Assembly (NCBI GenBank): GCA_965203295.1
Contig: CBDBCZ010000018.1
Location: 640,001 to 704,000 of the forward strand
DNA length: 64,000 nucleotides
Direction: 5' to 3'
Origin: Nitrospirales bacterium
GTDB taxonomy: Bacteria; Nitrospirota; Nitrospiria; Nitrospirales; UBA8639
Part shown: positions 45,201 to 54,858 of the stretch, piece by piece
Position numbering within the stretch: position 1 is the first letter of the stretch
How the letters are laid out: every line of letters starts with the position of its first letter
Program-made: the position numbers and the translations under genes
Notes under the pieces: model-generated
Database searches by the model: none
The model's input: the letters and a program-made list of their open reading frames with translations, nothing else
Told to the model about the DNA's origin: nothing

Positions 45201-48200
45201 TTGTTTGAAGAATTTTAAAGGTCAAGTCAACTGTTTTAGACAATTCCCTTTGATTAATAAGTAGATTTTTCTATTCAGAGGCCTATTTAGGACTTGTGAA
45301 AATTGTCACTCACTTTGTAAGTATTATCTTTAGAGGCATTGCTTGAAGGGCCATATTTTACCATTTTGCCTATGCCATTGAGCTTAGTTCATACGAAGAA
45401 TAAAATGTGAAAATTAGTTAGAAAGCCGTTGCATTGGAGAACTGCTAATATGGTATCACCTCCGTTACTATTATGGCTGCAGTGTTTTGTTGAACTAAAA
45501 ATGTGTGCAAAAAGTTAGCAGTCTTTTCCATGAAATAAGGTGTAAACATTCAGTGATGCTAGCACAGTCAGCATCAACATGCGGGTAGGCTAGTAATGGC
45601 ATCTTACAGACACAACACAACAGCAAATTTCATTGTACTTCTACACTGAGTATCTCATGCATCTGAGTTTGCCTTGGGGTGATTGGCATGTAGAGTGTAC
45701 AGCACCTACGTACACCAGAAATTACCGTAAAGTATGTATCAAGCACCCACCATTTATTAAGCACGCACCCCCCTCTTTAGCGTTAACTTCCTGCAAGGGG
45801 TACGTTTATTCATGTAGTATCCGCCCACTCGAACGCGTTGCAAACGCACGATGCAAAGTGAGGAAACAAGGCAAGTATAGCCTTCTTTAACCAACTATGG
45901 AAGCATTGTATAAGAATAGCTATGAAAGCATGCAGATAACTGCAAAATATAGCTGAAAAACTAAGTAGCTAGCCGACTTACCTTCGGTATTCCAAGTAAA
46001 GCACGCTAAAGATCGAATTTTACTGCTTGATTTCGCTCACTGCGCTTTAGTTATAAGTTTAGCTCACCTGGATGGTATGATATTATTGTAGAAAATATAT
46101 TATGGTGAAGATTCCTCACTTCCAGGGTGGTGGGCGGATACTACATGCCGTTTGCGAACGAATGCATAGTAAGCGCCCACCCCCCTCTTCCGCTGCATTC
46201 TAAGGTTCCCCGCCCATGGGCGCTTGATACGTATTCTACGGGTACAGGTGAAAATTACATTGTCATACATAGTCGCACATCATCCACACTTTGGAGATTG
46301 ATTGTTAAGGAATGCTCTTGCATTGCCTGCAATCGACATTCTAATCTTCATGTCTGTTTGCTTTATCACAGGATGGTACCACACCACTACTTGTTGCCTC
46401 TTACAAAGGCCACAGTCAAGTTGCTGAACTACTACTCAGCAAAGGAGCTGATGTCAACCTCCCAAAAAAGGTATAACATTTGTCAAGTGCACGACATTTA
46501 CCGTAGTAGGTAAAAGAAGAAGTTCTAGGCCGCTTCTTTGATACGAAGTACACTGTTTGAAAGCTTGTTTAAAGAATTTCAAAGGTCAGGTCGCTGGCTA
46601 AGACCATTTCATTTTTCTATTCAGAGGCTAATTAGGGCATGTGCACTTTGTTATACATTTTGTGTCTAAATATTATCATATAAGCAATGCCTAAAAGACC
46701 AAGTTTTATTCCTGAATTCCTGTGCTATCTACAATTTGACCAAAGTGAATAGCACAATTCTATTTCTATGCTTTGATTAGTAATTTATACGTCACCACAA
46801 ATCACTGTTAAATCTCTGTGATTCCCCCTTCAAATCATAGTATGATTGTTAGTTTGTAAACTTTGTTGTAAGTTGAAGGTGCTTGCGATGTACGTTCTAG
46901 TGTTTATGCTTTCATCACAGGGTGGTATCACTCCACTATACATTGCCTCTCAGGAGGGCCACAGTCAAGTTGCTGAACTACTACTCAGCAAAGGAGCTGA
47001 TGTCAACCTCCCAAAACAGGTATTGTATTTTTCAAAAGCAAGACAATTGCTGTAGTAGGAAAAGATAAGTTCTAGGCTACCTTTTTACCGATACAAAGGA
47101 CACTGTTTGAAGGCTTGTTTGAGGAATTTCAAAGGTCAATTCCCCATCATTTCTAAAACATTTCTCTTTGATTTAGGAGTACATTCACCTATCCACAGGC
47201 GTATTAGGAAGTACACAAATTGTCATACTTTGCCACTAAATGTTAGCAACGCCCATAGGGCCATGTTTTGTTTTTCAATTCCTATGCTACATACATATTT
47301 GACCAAAGTTATTTCTATACTTCATTGTTTCCATTTCTATGCTTCGTTATTTTAGAATTTCATTGTGACTATCGTCCTATTTCTCTTTTTTCCATAATTA
47401 GCAAAGTCCTCGAACGCCATGTTTTTAATTATCTCCATAACTTCTGTACTGTAAATCAATTCTTAGTGATTCTCAGTTTGGTTTCCGCCCTGGTCGCTCT
47501 ACAGAATCTGCTCTTCTTTCTGCTACTCATTCCTGGCTATCTTCTCTTGATTCCCACAATTCTGTCTGTGCAATGTTCTTTGACTTGCGTAGAACTTTTG
47601 ATTTCGTTCATCTATCTCTTATGAATACTCTTTCTTCAATTGGCCTCTGTTCTCACCTTATCTCCTGGACACAAAGATTATATGTAATCGTTATCAACAA
47701 GTTGTTCTCAATATCTCTTCTTCGCATGCTTTTTCTGGCGTACTTCAAGGTTCTATATTAGGTCTTCTCCTTTTTATCTTATACATTAAAATAGTTTATC
47801 TGACATTCCGCTTTCTCCTTCCTCTAAGCTCATTCTGTATGCTGATTACATTCTTTATTCCTGTGTCTGCAATTCTCCTTCTGACATTTCTCTTATCCAG
47901 TCTGATGTTAATCGTATCTCTACTTATATTTCTTCTCACTATCTTACTATTGATTCTTCCAAAACTAAATGCATGTTTCTTTCATTTGAGCCCTCATCTT
48001 ATTTTTTCTACCTTCCCCTCCCTATATCTCAATTGTTCTCTGCTTGAACTAGTTTCTTCTTTCAAATACTTAGGTGTTCTAATCTCTTCCAACATTTCTT
48101 GTCTCCTCATATTCCTCATAATTATGTCGTAAATGTAGGCAACTTATAGATATTCTTTATCGTCTCTTCTGTCATCACTCTTGCCCCTCATCTCTTTTCA

Positions 48201-50593
48201 AACTTTACTGCACTCTTTATTCGCCCTCACCTTGAATACTGCTCTTCTGTCTGGGACCCCTCCTCTTCTGCTTCTATTTTCAAACTTGAAAATGTTCAAT
48301 TCTTTGCTCTAAAGCTTTCCTCTAAGTACTGGTCTTCTAACTATTCCTCCCGGTGCTTCTGCAACTTTTAACTGCCATCTTCCCTTAAGACTGTGACTTA
48401 GGTTAGGTTCTTTTAAGTCTTAATTTCATTCTAAATTTATTATTACTTGTGTATCATTTAGTATTATGTATTTGCCCTTGGTATTAGCGTTTGCTATTTG
48501 GCATTTTATTGAACTATAAAAAAATGAATAGATAAAATTGTCATACATAGTCAGTCACACATCATCCACACTTTGGATATTGATGGTTAAAGAATGCTCA
48601 TGAAACCTACATTCGAATCTTCATGTCTGTTTGCTTTCATCACAGGATGGTACCACACCACTACTCATTGCCTCTTTTAATGGCCACAGTCAAGTTGCTG
48701 AACTTTTGGTTAGCAAAGGAGCTGATGATAAAGTCTCACTGCAGGTAACATAATTATATTTTTTAGTCCAGTAATTGTTTAGTATGGCTACACATTTGGT
48801 TTTAGTAAATAGGCTAATAAAGAACAAAAGTTTGGTTTTCGTTTAGTTAGCCAACTAAAATCTAAGCACTTTTTGTATTGGTTAACCATACCTAAAATGG
48901 GTTGATTTTGGTGAAGACTGTAAGTTATAATTTTTCGTTAACTTAGTCTGTTTTATCAAAAATACTTTTCATTTTTAGGTACAGTTCTTAAAACTGCACT
49001 ATTTTTGACTCCAGCAAAGAGCGACTTCATATAATTACTGTTAGGTGAAAGGAGAAGTAAACTGTAAGCTTTAGATCTGCATATTGATTAGTTGATGAAA
49101 ATTCATTTTGAGTAGAGCCCTTACATAAAACCATTAATTTTGCATAATTATCCATCTGAGTGAGGGATAGTGGATCATATTGTGTGTGCTATTCACATGC
49201 AGAATGGATGGACACCTCTCCTTTATGCTGCTAAGCGTGGACATGAGAGTGTTGCTGAAGTGCTTCTGAAAGCAGAAGCCAGTGTGGACACTCCAGACAA
49301 AGTAAATTATTTGCTATAAATTGATACTGTTTATATACCGTAGACTTGGGTGATTAAGCGCATGTGCTTATAAGTCTGAACGGCAAGGAAGTATGCGCTT
49401 AACAAAAGGTGTGCGCTTATAAATAGCAATTTCTAGCCCAGTAGTCCCGCCCACTTTTTGCAACTTGTGCTATGGCTAGCTAGCTATCATGGGAAGGGGG
49501 AAGACACGATCCTGATTCACGAAAGCATCATTTGAGGGCACCACACGTACAAAATTGTCTTCGTGTTTAACGATTGGGCGTCTGAATTGTTGTCATGATA
49601 GTGGTTGACAACATTCAGATTGAACTCTCTTGCATAGCTTTTCCTCGTAGCCTTTCCCAATCCGTTCGAGGGAAGGATAAAAGCACCAGCAGCAGTAGCC
49701 ATTGTGAGAATCTCCAGTGAAACACTCGGTAATACTTAGCACGTCGTAATCTCGACCTCGTGCTGAGAGAGCCCAAAGTTCAAGTTTAATCGGGCGCACG
49801 CATGCGCTTAATAGCGAGTAGCAAAAATTGGGAAGGAAGCATGCACTTATAAAAAGTTGTGCGCTAATAAAAAAGGTGCGCTTAAATTTTTTCATGCCTG
49901 AATGCTAACTTAGCTTTTTAATTACACTTTAGTTTGTTTAGAAACATCTTACAGACCCTCCAGGATTGCACATCCTCATCATACAGTAATGTATCCATTC
50001 AAGCAGTCCTAACTATTTTACACAACATAGTTACATACCCCCATGCTATCACATCCAGACTGAAAACTAGAATACGTTTTTATTTCACTAACATAACCAG
50101 TGGCAGTGAACCAGACTCCCATGCTACATTGGCTTGCTATCACTGCAGGACCAGATGACTGCCCTCATGATTGCAACCAAGGCTGGGCATTCTAGGGTTG
50201 TTGCTACACTGCTCCGTTATGGAGCAAACCTGAACATCACAAACAGAGTAAGTGAGATTAAGGTGAACACTAGTCAGATACTCTTACCACTGAGCTACCA
50301 GAGCACTAGACAAGCTATATAGCCAGTAATCCTACTATAGTAGCACTTGCCAGCCAGCCAATTCCAACTGTAATTACTCCCCCCTCCCCCATCTCCAAAG
50401 GGGCAGTAGACAAGCCACTAAACCCGCTAGTACCACTTGTCAATAGGACCCAGCCAATTCCACATGCTTTAATTTATTGCTACAGTCATGTATAATATTA
50501 TATTGCCTTCAGGCTGGGCTGACAGCACTGGATATTGCAAGCACAGCTGGACAAGCAGAAGTGTGTCAAGTGCTTCTCAACCACTCTAGCTGA
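25962..50593 (+). CDS. Multi-exon kinase - coiled coil - ankyrin(12) - CARD-like - unknown domain - ankyrin(~11) protein, ~1587 aa (RIPK-like architecture)
   Basis: Phase-compatible GT-AG exons: 25962-27278; 27535-27621; 28531-28629; 28804-28902; 29844-29942; 30298-30396; 30659-30757; 31232-31330; 31397-31498; 31587-31685; 32399-32497; 33159-33257; 33602-33694; 34000-34048; 34597-34908; 35593-36443; 37012-37101; 41269-41367; 41903-42001; 44221-44319; 45001-45099; 46372-46470; 46921-47019; 48646-48744; 49203-49301; 50149-50247; 50513-50593 (TGA). The total is 4764 nt with no internal stop when the two broken cassettes are skipped. Confidence 0.8.
27535..33694 (+). CDS. Ankyrin array 1: 12 one-repeat phase-0 exons (87-102 nt, mostly 99)
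   Basis: Each exon translates as a G.T[PA]L..A...G...[VI]V..LL..GA-type repeat, e.g. SGSTPIFVASQNGHTHIVETLLNNGANPNIQKE. Confidence 0.9.
29008..29727. mobile_element. Non-autonomous DNA transposon with ~80-bp TIRs (TAGTCTCG...CGAGACTA) and perfect 9-bp TSD TCCTCGACA (AcademH-like)
   Basis: TSD at 28999-29007 and 29728-29736; long, near-perfect TIRs. Confidence 0.9.
34597..34908 (+). CDS. CARD-like death-fold exon (phase 1-1)
   Basis: LRNNWSYLYKHLDTSLILQPLLNGGIITEDLRKQV...TGEKHIGQKL follows the CARD pattern LxxNxxxLxxxLDxxxILxxLxxxGIIT. Confidence 0.6.
35593..36443 (+). CDS. Large exon encoding an uncharacterised helical plus alpha/beta domain pair
   Basis: An 851-nt open exon in phase with its neighbours, containing the motifs APYWNCVSTDLLQLLVEE and LVYCGCSQSPLVVCWEI. 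Confidence 0.75.
37601..39363 (+). mobile_element. Degenerate hAT (Ac/ZBED1-like) transposon in an intron
   Basis: Termini TAGTGCT...AGCACTA with a decayed 8-bp TSD (GTTGTGTG / TTTGTGTC). Transposase remnants include FSGTADLWTS near 38190 and a broken C-terminal dimerisation motif (YLCIC..SVP.ER...CGNIV-like) near 39000. Confidence 0.7.
39924..40021 (+). pseudogene. Ankyrin cassette exon with a 1-nt deletion (98 nt), splice sites intact
   Basis: CAG|GGA AGT GTC ACA TCA CTT TAT GCT GCC TCT CAG AAT GGC CAC AGT CAG GTT GC- GAA ... ATT CAG|GTA. Confidence 0.85.
40777..40874 (+). pseudogene. Dead ankyrin cassette exon (acceptor lost, 1-nt deletion, stop)
   Basis: The acceptor TCATCACAG has mutated to TCATCATGG, there is a GCC-CT deletion, and AAAGGTTAA introduces a stop. 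Confidence 0.85.
41269..48744 (+). CDS. Ankyrin array 2 core: seven near-identical 99-nt cassette exons
   Basis: Consensus xGxTPLxxASxxGHSQVAELLLSKGADVNLPxQ, with homologous flanking intron sequence (TTTATGCTTTCATCACAG acceptors). Confidence 0.92.
42480..43625. mobile_element. Unclassified insertion with an internal ~75-bp inverted repeat (43054-43128 / 43551-43624); related pieces at ~18970-19330 and ~51720-51870
   Basis: ACACTTCCCCAAAAACCAATGAAACAAGCGACAATGCACACCACAATGCATGCAC and its reverse complement are both present, with a CA-rich strand-biased interior. Confidence 0.55.
45723..46244. mobile_element. Tc1/mariner-pogo-type MITE (TACCGTA... termini)
   Basis: TACCGTAAAGTATGTATCAAGCACCCA at the left end and TGGGCGCTTGATACGTATTCTACGGGTA at the right end. 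Confidence 0.7.
47360..48524 (+). mobile_element. 5'-truncated, decayed non-LTR retrotransposon (CR1/L2-group RT)
   Basis: Fragments YRPISLFSIISKVLERH, QFGFRPGRST, FFDLRRTFD, GVLQGSILGLLLF, LILYAD, FKYLGV and RPHLEYCSSVWDP, with an A-rich tail at ~48517. Confidence 0.9.
49337..49890. mobile_element. pogo-like non-autonomous element remnant
   Basis: Left end TACCGTAG, repeated GTGCGCTTA motifs at both ends, and a minus-strand RKSYAREFNLNVVNHY resembling a pogo N-terminal HTH. Confidence 0.5.
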
Positions 50594-52200
50594 TGCTGTG
50601 CTAGAATGGTAACTTTTGAATATAATCTATGCATACTTGTATGAGTTCAAAATTTACTATTTTTTGTAGTGCCTAAACTATTGTTACCATTGTGTATCCT
50701 TCTCATGCGGAAACGTGTTATATAGCTGCTTAAAAAACTATCCTTTTATGTACATAACAGGACTGTCACAGCAACCAAATTTTGTACATCTACAACATAC
50801 GTCATGCATGCTCATATCATGTTACTGGCTACGTGACAATGTAACATGTATGTTAAATATACAGCTGCGTTGAGTTTGCTATTGTTACATATAATACTGG
50901 TTTATTGTTGCAGAGCGAGGGAGTTCAAGAATTCCTTACATCAGTGATGTGTCTGTAATGGTAACCCTTTAACTGCTGTATTTCCACTTGTTTATGAATT
51001 TATATGGCATTTTTATATTAGGTGTTTTCATATAAAGTATACGAAAGTACATGTTTTTTTTTTATGTCACAGTGTCTGTGACACACGCAGCCTAAGGGGT
51101 AATACCCTAGCCCTAATATTTTTACATTCTTGTACCAAGAATGCGGAAAACAATGTTCTGTATTCACACATGTAATGTGTTTACAGAGTGGAAACTTAAA
51201 CAGCAATCCTCTTGTTAATATGTACAGTGAAAACGGAATCTCATGGCTAAGAGATTTACAGTGTGCAAATATAATATGGATGTAACTTCTGGAGGTTGTC
51301 TACGCCTAAGCTTTGATTTTTGCCTATAATTTGAGACTATAGCTGTTTAGTGCAGTCACATGTGATGTAGCAGTGATTATTCAAGTTGCCAATTTCGAGT
51401 TGGTGTAATACAGTCACTAATTGCTCAAGTTGCATTGATTTCGTAGTGTCAAATATTACAGAAGGTGTGTTGGGTATATCAATTGCTTGTTGCCAATGTT
51501 CTGCCAATGAGGGGTAATGAATTGCCACAGTGTGATATTTTATTCCAAGAGATTGAACAAATCACTTGGCAAACAAATTATTTTCCAAATTACGTAACAG
51601 ATCCCCGAGGAATTCTTTGGCAAGAAAGTAAATCCTAGTACTTTGGCTATGATTTGCAGGCAAATTATGAATTGTTTTGCAAGGTGATATAGTATCATCA
51701 CACTGCCAAGTTTGTAGGGATGGTAGCTATGCCTTGCGTTGTGATGTGTGGGTAGTATGTGCATGCATTGCGGTGTGCATGGCCGCTTGTTTTTCTTTTG
51801 GAGGGGGGGAAACTATTTTGGTGATAGTGCATCCCACATGACTAGTTTTTGCACTTTTTGGCAAAGGGCTTTTTCTAATAATATACACAAGTTGCTGCCG
51901 TAGCGCTTATGCCATCGACCACGCAGCCACATACGCAGGCGGAGTTTGAAAGTTCTCCAGTCAGAGGACAAGAGCAAGAGCAATCAGATATCTCACCATT
52001 ACCATCCTGATCGCCATATAATTTATTCTTCCTAGTATCCCAGATTAATAAAATAGAACTCTTAACTAGCCTTAATAAAGCCTTCTGTAACTTTTTATAG
52101 GAACATTGGTTGTCCTTATTGTCCTATTTTTTTAAATTGCGTGTCCTTCACATGAAAACTCCAGATTGCATGCAAGTATCTGGAGTTTTAATGTGAAAGA

Positions 52201-52285
52201 CTTTTGTTAGTGCAGTCACAGACAGTGTTCTGAGCCACTCATCCTGAGTGGCTCAGAACACTGTCTGTGACTGCACTAACAAAAG
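52201..52285. repeat. Perfect inverted repeat, 41-bp arms with a 3-nt loop
   Basis: CTTTTGTTAGTGCAGTCACAGACAGTGTTCTGAGCCACTCA-TCC-exact reverse complement. Confidence 0.95.
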
Positions 52286-52444
52286 CCAAGCAGTTATAGC
52301 CGTGGAGATACACCTGGTGCTTCATCTTCCTGGCTCGACACTGACATTGAAGACTACCCTAAGCTATTTACATGTTTAGCCTACATAGACATATACCCTC
52401 AGTGTAAAGTTAATGCTAGTACTTTTCAAAGTACTAGCGTTAAC

Positions 52445-52854
<410 letters not shown>

Positions 52855-53137
52855 AGGCCATTCATAATTTCTTCACATCCCTCACTTGCTTCTCACTCCC
52901 TCTCTCTCTTGGAAGGTGCAGATATGTGCATGCATGGTAGGAAGTGTGATGCAGGTGGAAGATGGGAGGGTGTGTGGATGAGAAGTGAAGAGAAAGGAGT
53001 GTGAGAGGTGAAGGGCAAGAGTGTGTATGGGGACACTAAGTTGTGGCCAACTACAGATGTCATCAATCTTCTCCTTTCAGATTAACTTCAGAAACTGTGT
53101 CACTGGTGTTCCTATAACCCCTGCTCTGTCCTGGCAG

Positions 53138-53774
53138 TACCAACAGCTGTTCAGGAAAACAGTGACCAAGCTGTTTGCAGACCAGGAAATCAAGAAACGG
53201 CAGCTGGAGGAATGGGATCAGAGTAAAAGGTATGTCACCTTCTCCCAGGCTCTTCGATGGTGGCGAATATTTTTTATGCATCTAGCCAAGTCGAGAAATA
53301 TATTTCACTTAAAATTTACCAAACGTAAGTTCTTCCAAGACTGCTATAGTAATACATGTACAGTGTTGTCGACCTTTCCTCATATTAGTCTTTTTCTAGG
53401 CAGTTGACTAAGTAATCTTGTCCCCAGACCTTCTTCTGGTAGCCTCGTACCCAGGCCTTTCCTCACAGCTTTTTTCACAGTTGTGGCTGCGAAAAAAAAA
53501 TGCTGCGAGGGAAGGCCTGGGTGCGAGGTTAGTCTTCTGGCACTAGTCAGTGACTAGTGACTAAATTGATATTCAGTCACCTCCTACAAAGCAATTTAGT
53601 CGTTTTCTAAATTGCTCTTTCTCCCTCCCTTCCTCCATCCCTGTCTCTCACTTTCTCTCTCTCTATCTCCCTCTTCCTCCCTCTCTCCCTCTCACTTCCC
53701 AGGAAGTGCCAGAGAGAGCGGGAGGAAGCGGAGGAGAATAAGGCCAAAACGAGGAAGAAGTGGAAGATTGGGAG
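53138..53774 (+). pseudogene. Two-exon fragment resembling the DNAJC8 C-terminal region, frameshifted
   Basis: Exons 53138-53229 and 53703-53774 give YQQLFRKTVTKLFADQEIKKRQLEEWDQSKRKCQREREEAEENKAK...WK/DWE, similar to DNAJC8 TMKLFAELEIKRKE...ERKRQREEE...EKAKRE. No J-domain exons were found nearby. Confidence 0.5.
53440..53531. mobile_element. Short palindromic MITE (TAGCCTCG family), 9-bp TSD with 1 mismatch
   Basis: TTCTTCTGG|TAGCCTCGTACCCAGGCCTTTCCTC...GAGGGAAGGCCTGGGTGCGAGGTTA|GTCTTCTGG. Confidence 0.8.
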
Positions 53775-54379
53775 GTGTGTGCTTATGTGTGTGCAAGTGT
53801 TTTCATGCAATTACTACAGAGGCAAGATGGTACATGTATGTCATGTAATTTGTGTGATGTGTGTGTGTGACTTGCAGGAATGGAATTGCTGGATATCTCA
53901 TTGCCTCAACATTTGTGTCAAGGATCACTGCCTGCACAAAATATGCCGGAGCTGTGTACTGAACTCCTGCTGTGTGAAGTATTACAACACCCCCGTCCAC
54001 ACACACACGCATACACAGGAATCAAGCCACCCTAGTTGAAGCAGAAGAAGTGGACCTGATCAGGTCCCTGAGATTGCCACTCCAGCTGACAGCTAATGAG
54101 ATCTCCTTAGGTATATATGACAGCTGCTGCTATGTGCAGAGTTTTCAAACTCTCTTTCTTTCTCACTTCCTCTTGCCCTGTTTCTCAAAGCAATGTATTG
54201 TATCCACAATGTGCTAAGTTCTTCTAACACTCAATATCTCATGGTCACCAGGAATTGATTTGTTGTGCATACCACAAAACTGGGATCTTGCAGACTGGAG
54301 AACGTTTTCTGATTGGTGATTTTATATACAGCCATTGTATGTGTGCATGAGGTTTGAAAGTGAATACATAGAATGAGTC

Positions 54380-54833
54380 TAGGCCTTGACAAAATTTGCT
54401 TTCAGAGTTTTGAGCAAAATAGGCAACCAAAAAAAATAAGCTCTTCTGCTAGCAAAATGGGCTATCATTTACCCAACACAGCAAAATAGGATGAAATTTT
54501 TTTGTGAATATTTCTACTGAGCAATAATAATGAACTTCCTGCACTTCCAGAGTGCAGCTAAATATAGTACTGCGCAATAAAAAGTTAACGTACTGTCCTT
54601 ACTGTCCGCACCATGCCATGAGCACACCAGGAGCGTACCAGAGGCTTTCAGTAAGCTTACATTTTATTGCGTTTAACATTCATTGTTTCCTTTGGCAACT
54701 TCATAGTAATGTTGAATTTTTGCTTAAAGTAAGAAGCAAAATGGGTACGATAAAAAAGCAAAATGGGTACAAATATTGAGCACAAAAGAAAGGGAAAATA
54801 GGCAGGAAAAGAAACAAATTTTGTCAAGGCCTA
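54380..54833. mobile_element. hAT-type MITE (TIR TAGGCCTTGACAAAATTTG, 8-bp TSD AATGAGWC)
   Basis: Perfect 19-bp TIRs with flanks AATGAGTC / AATGAGAC. It lies ~25 bp past the WD40 gene stop codon. Confidence 0.85.
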
Positions 54834-54858
54834 AATGAGACAAAATTAATCGGTTTTG

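Noticed and set aside
47268..48132. Hydrophobic Leu/Phe-rich ORFs resembling membrane proteins
   Set aside because: They are mostly off-frame readings of a T/C-rich decayed LINE reverse transcriptase.
50594..51030. Possible spliced 3'UTR exons of the kinase gene
   Set aside because: Splice-like motifs exist (50609 GT, 50760 AG, 50913 AG) but cannot be validated without a reading frame or RNA data.
53876..54039. Cys-rich ORF as a third exon or zinc finger
   Set aside because: It has no recognisable motif spacing and no continuity with the DNAJC8-like sequence.
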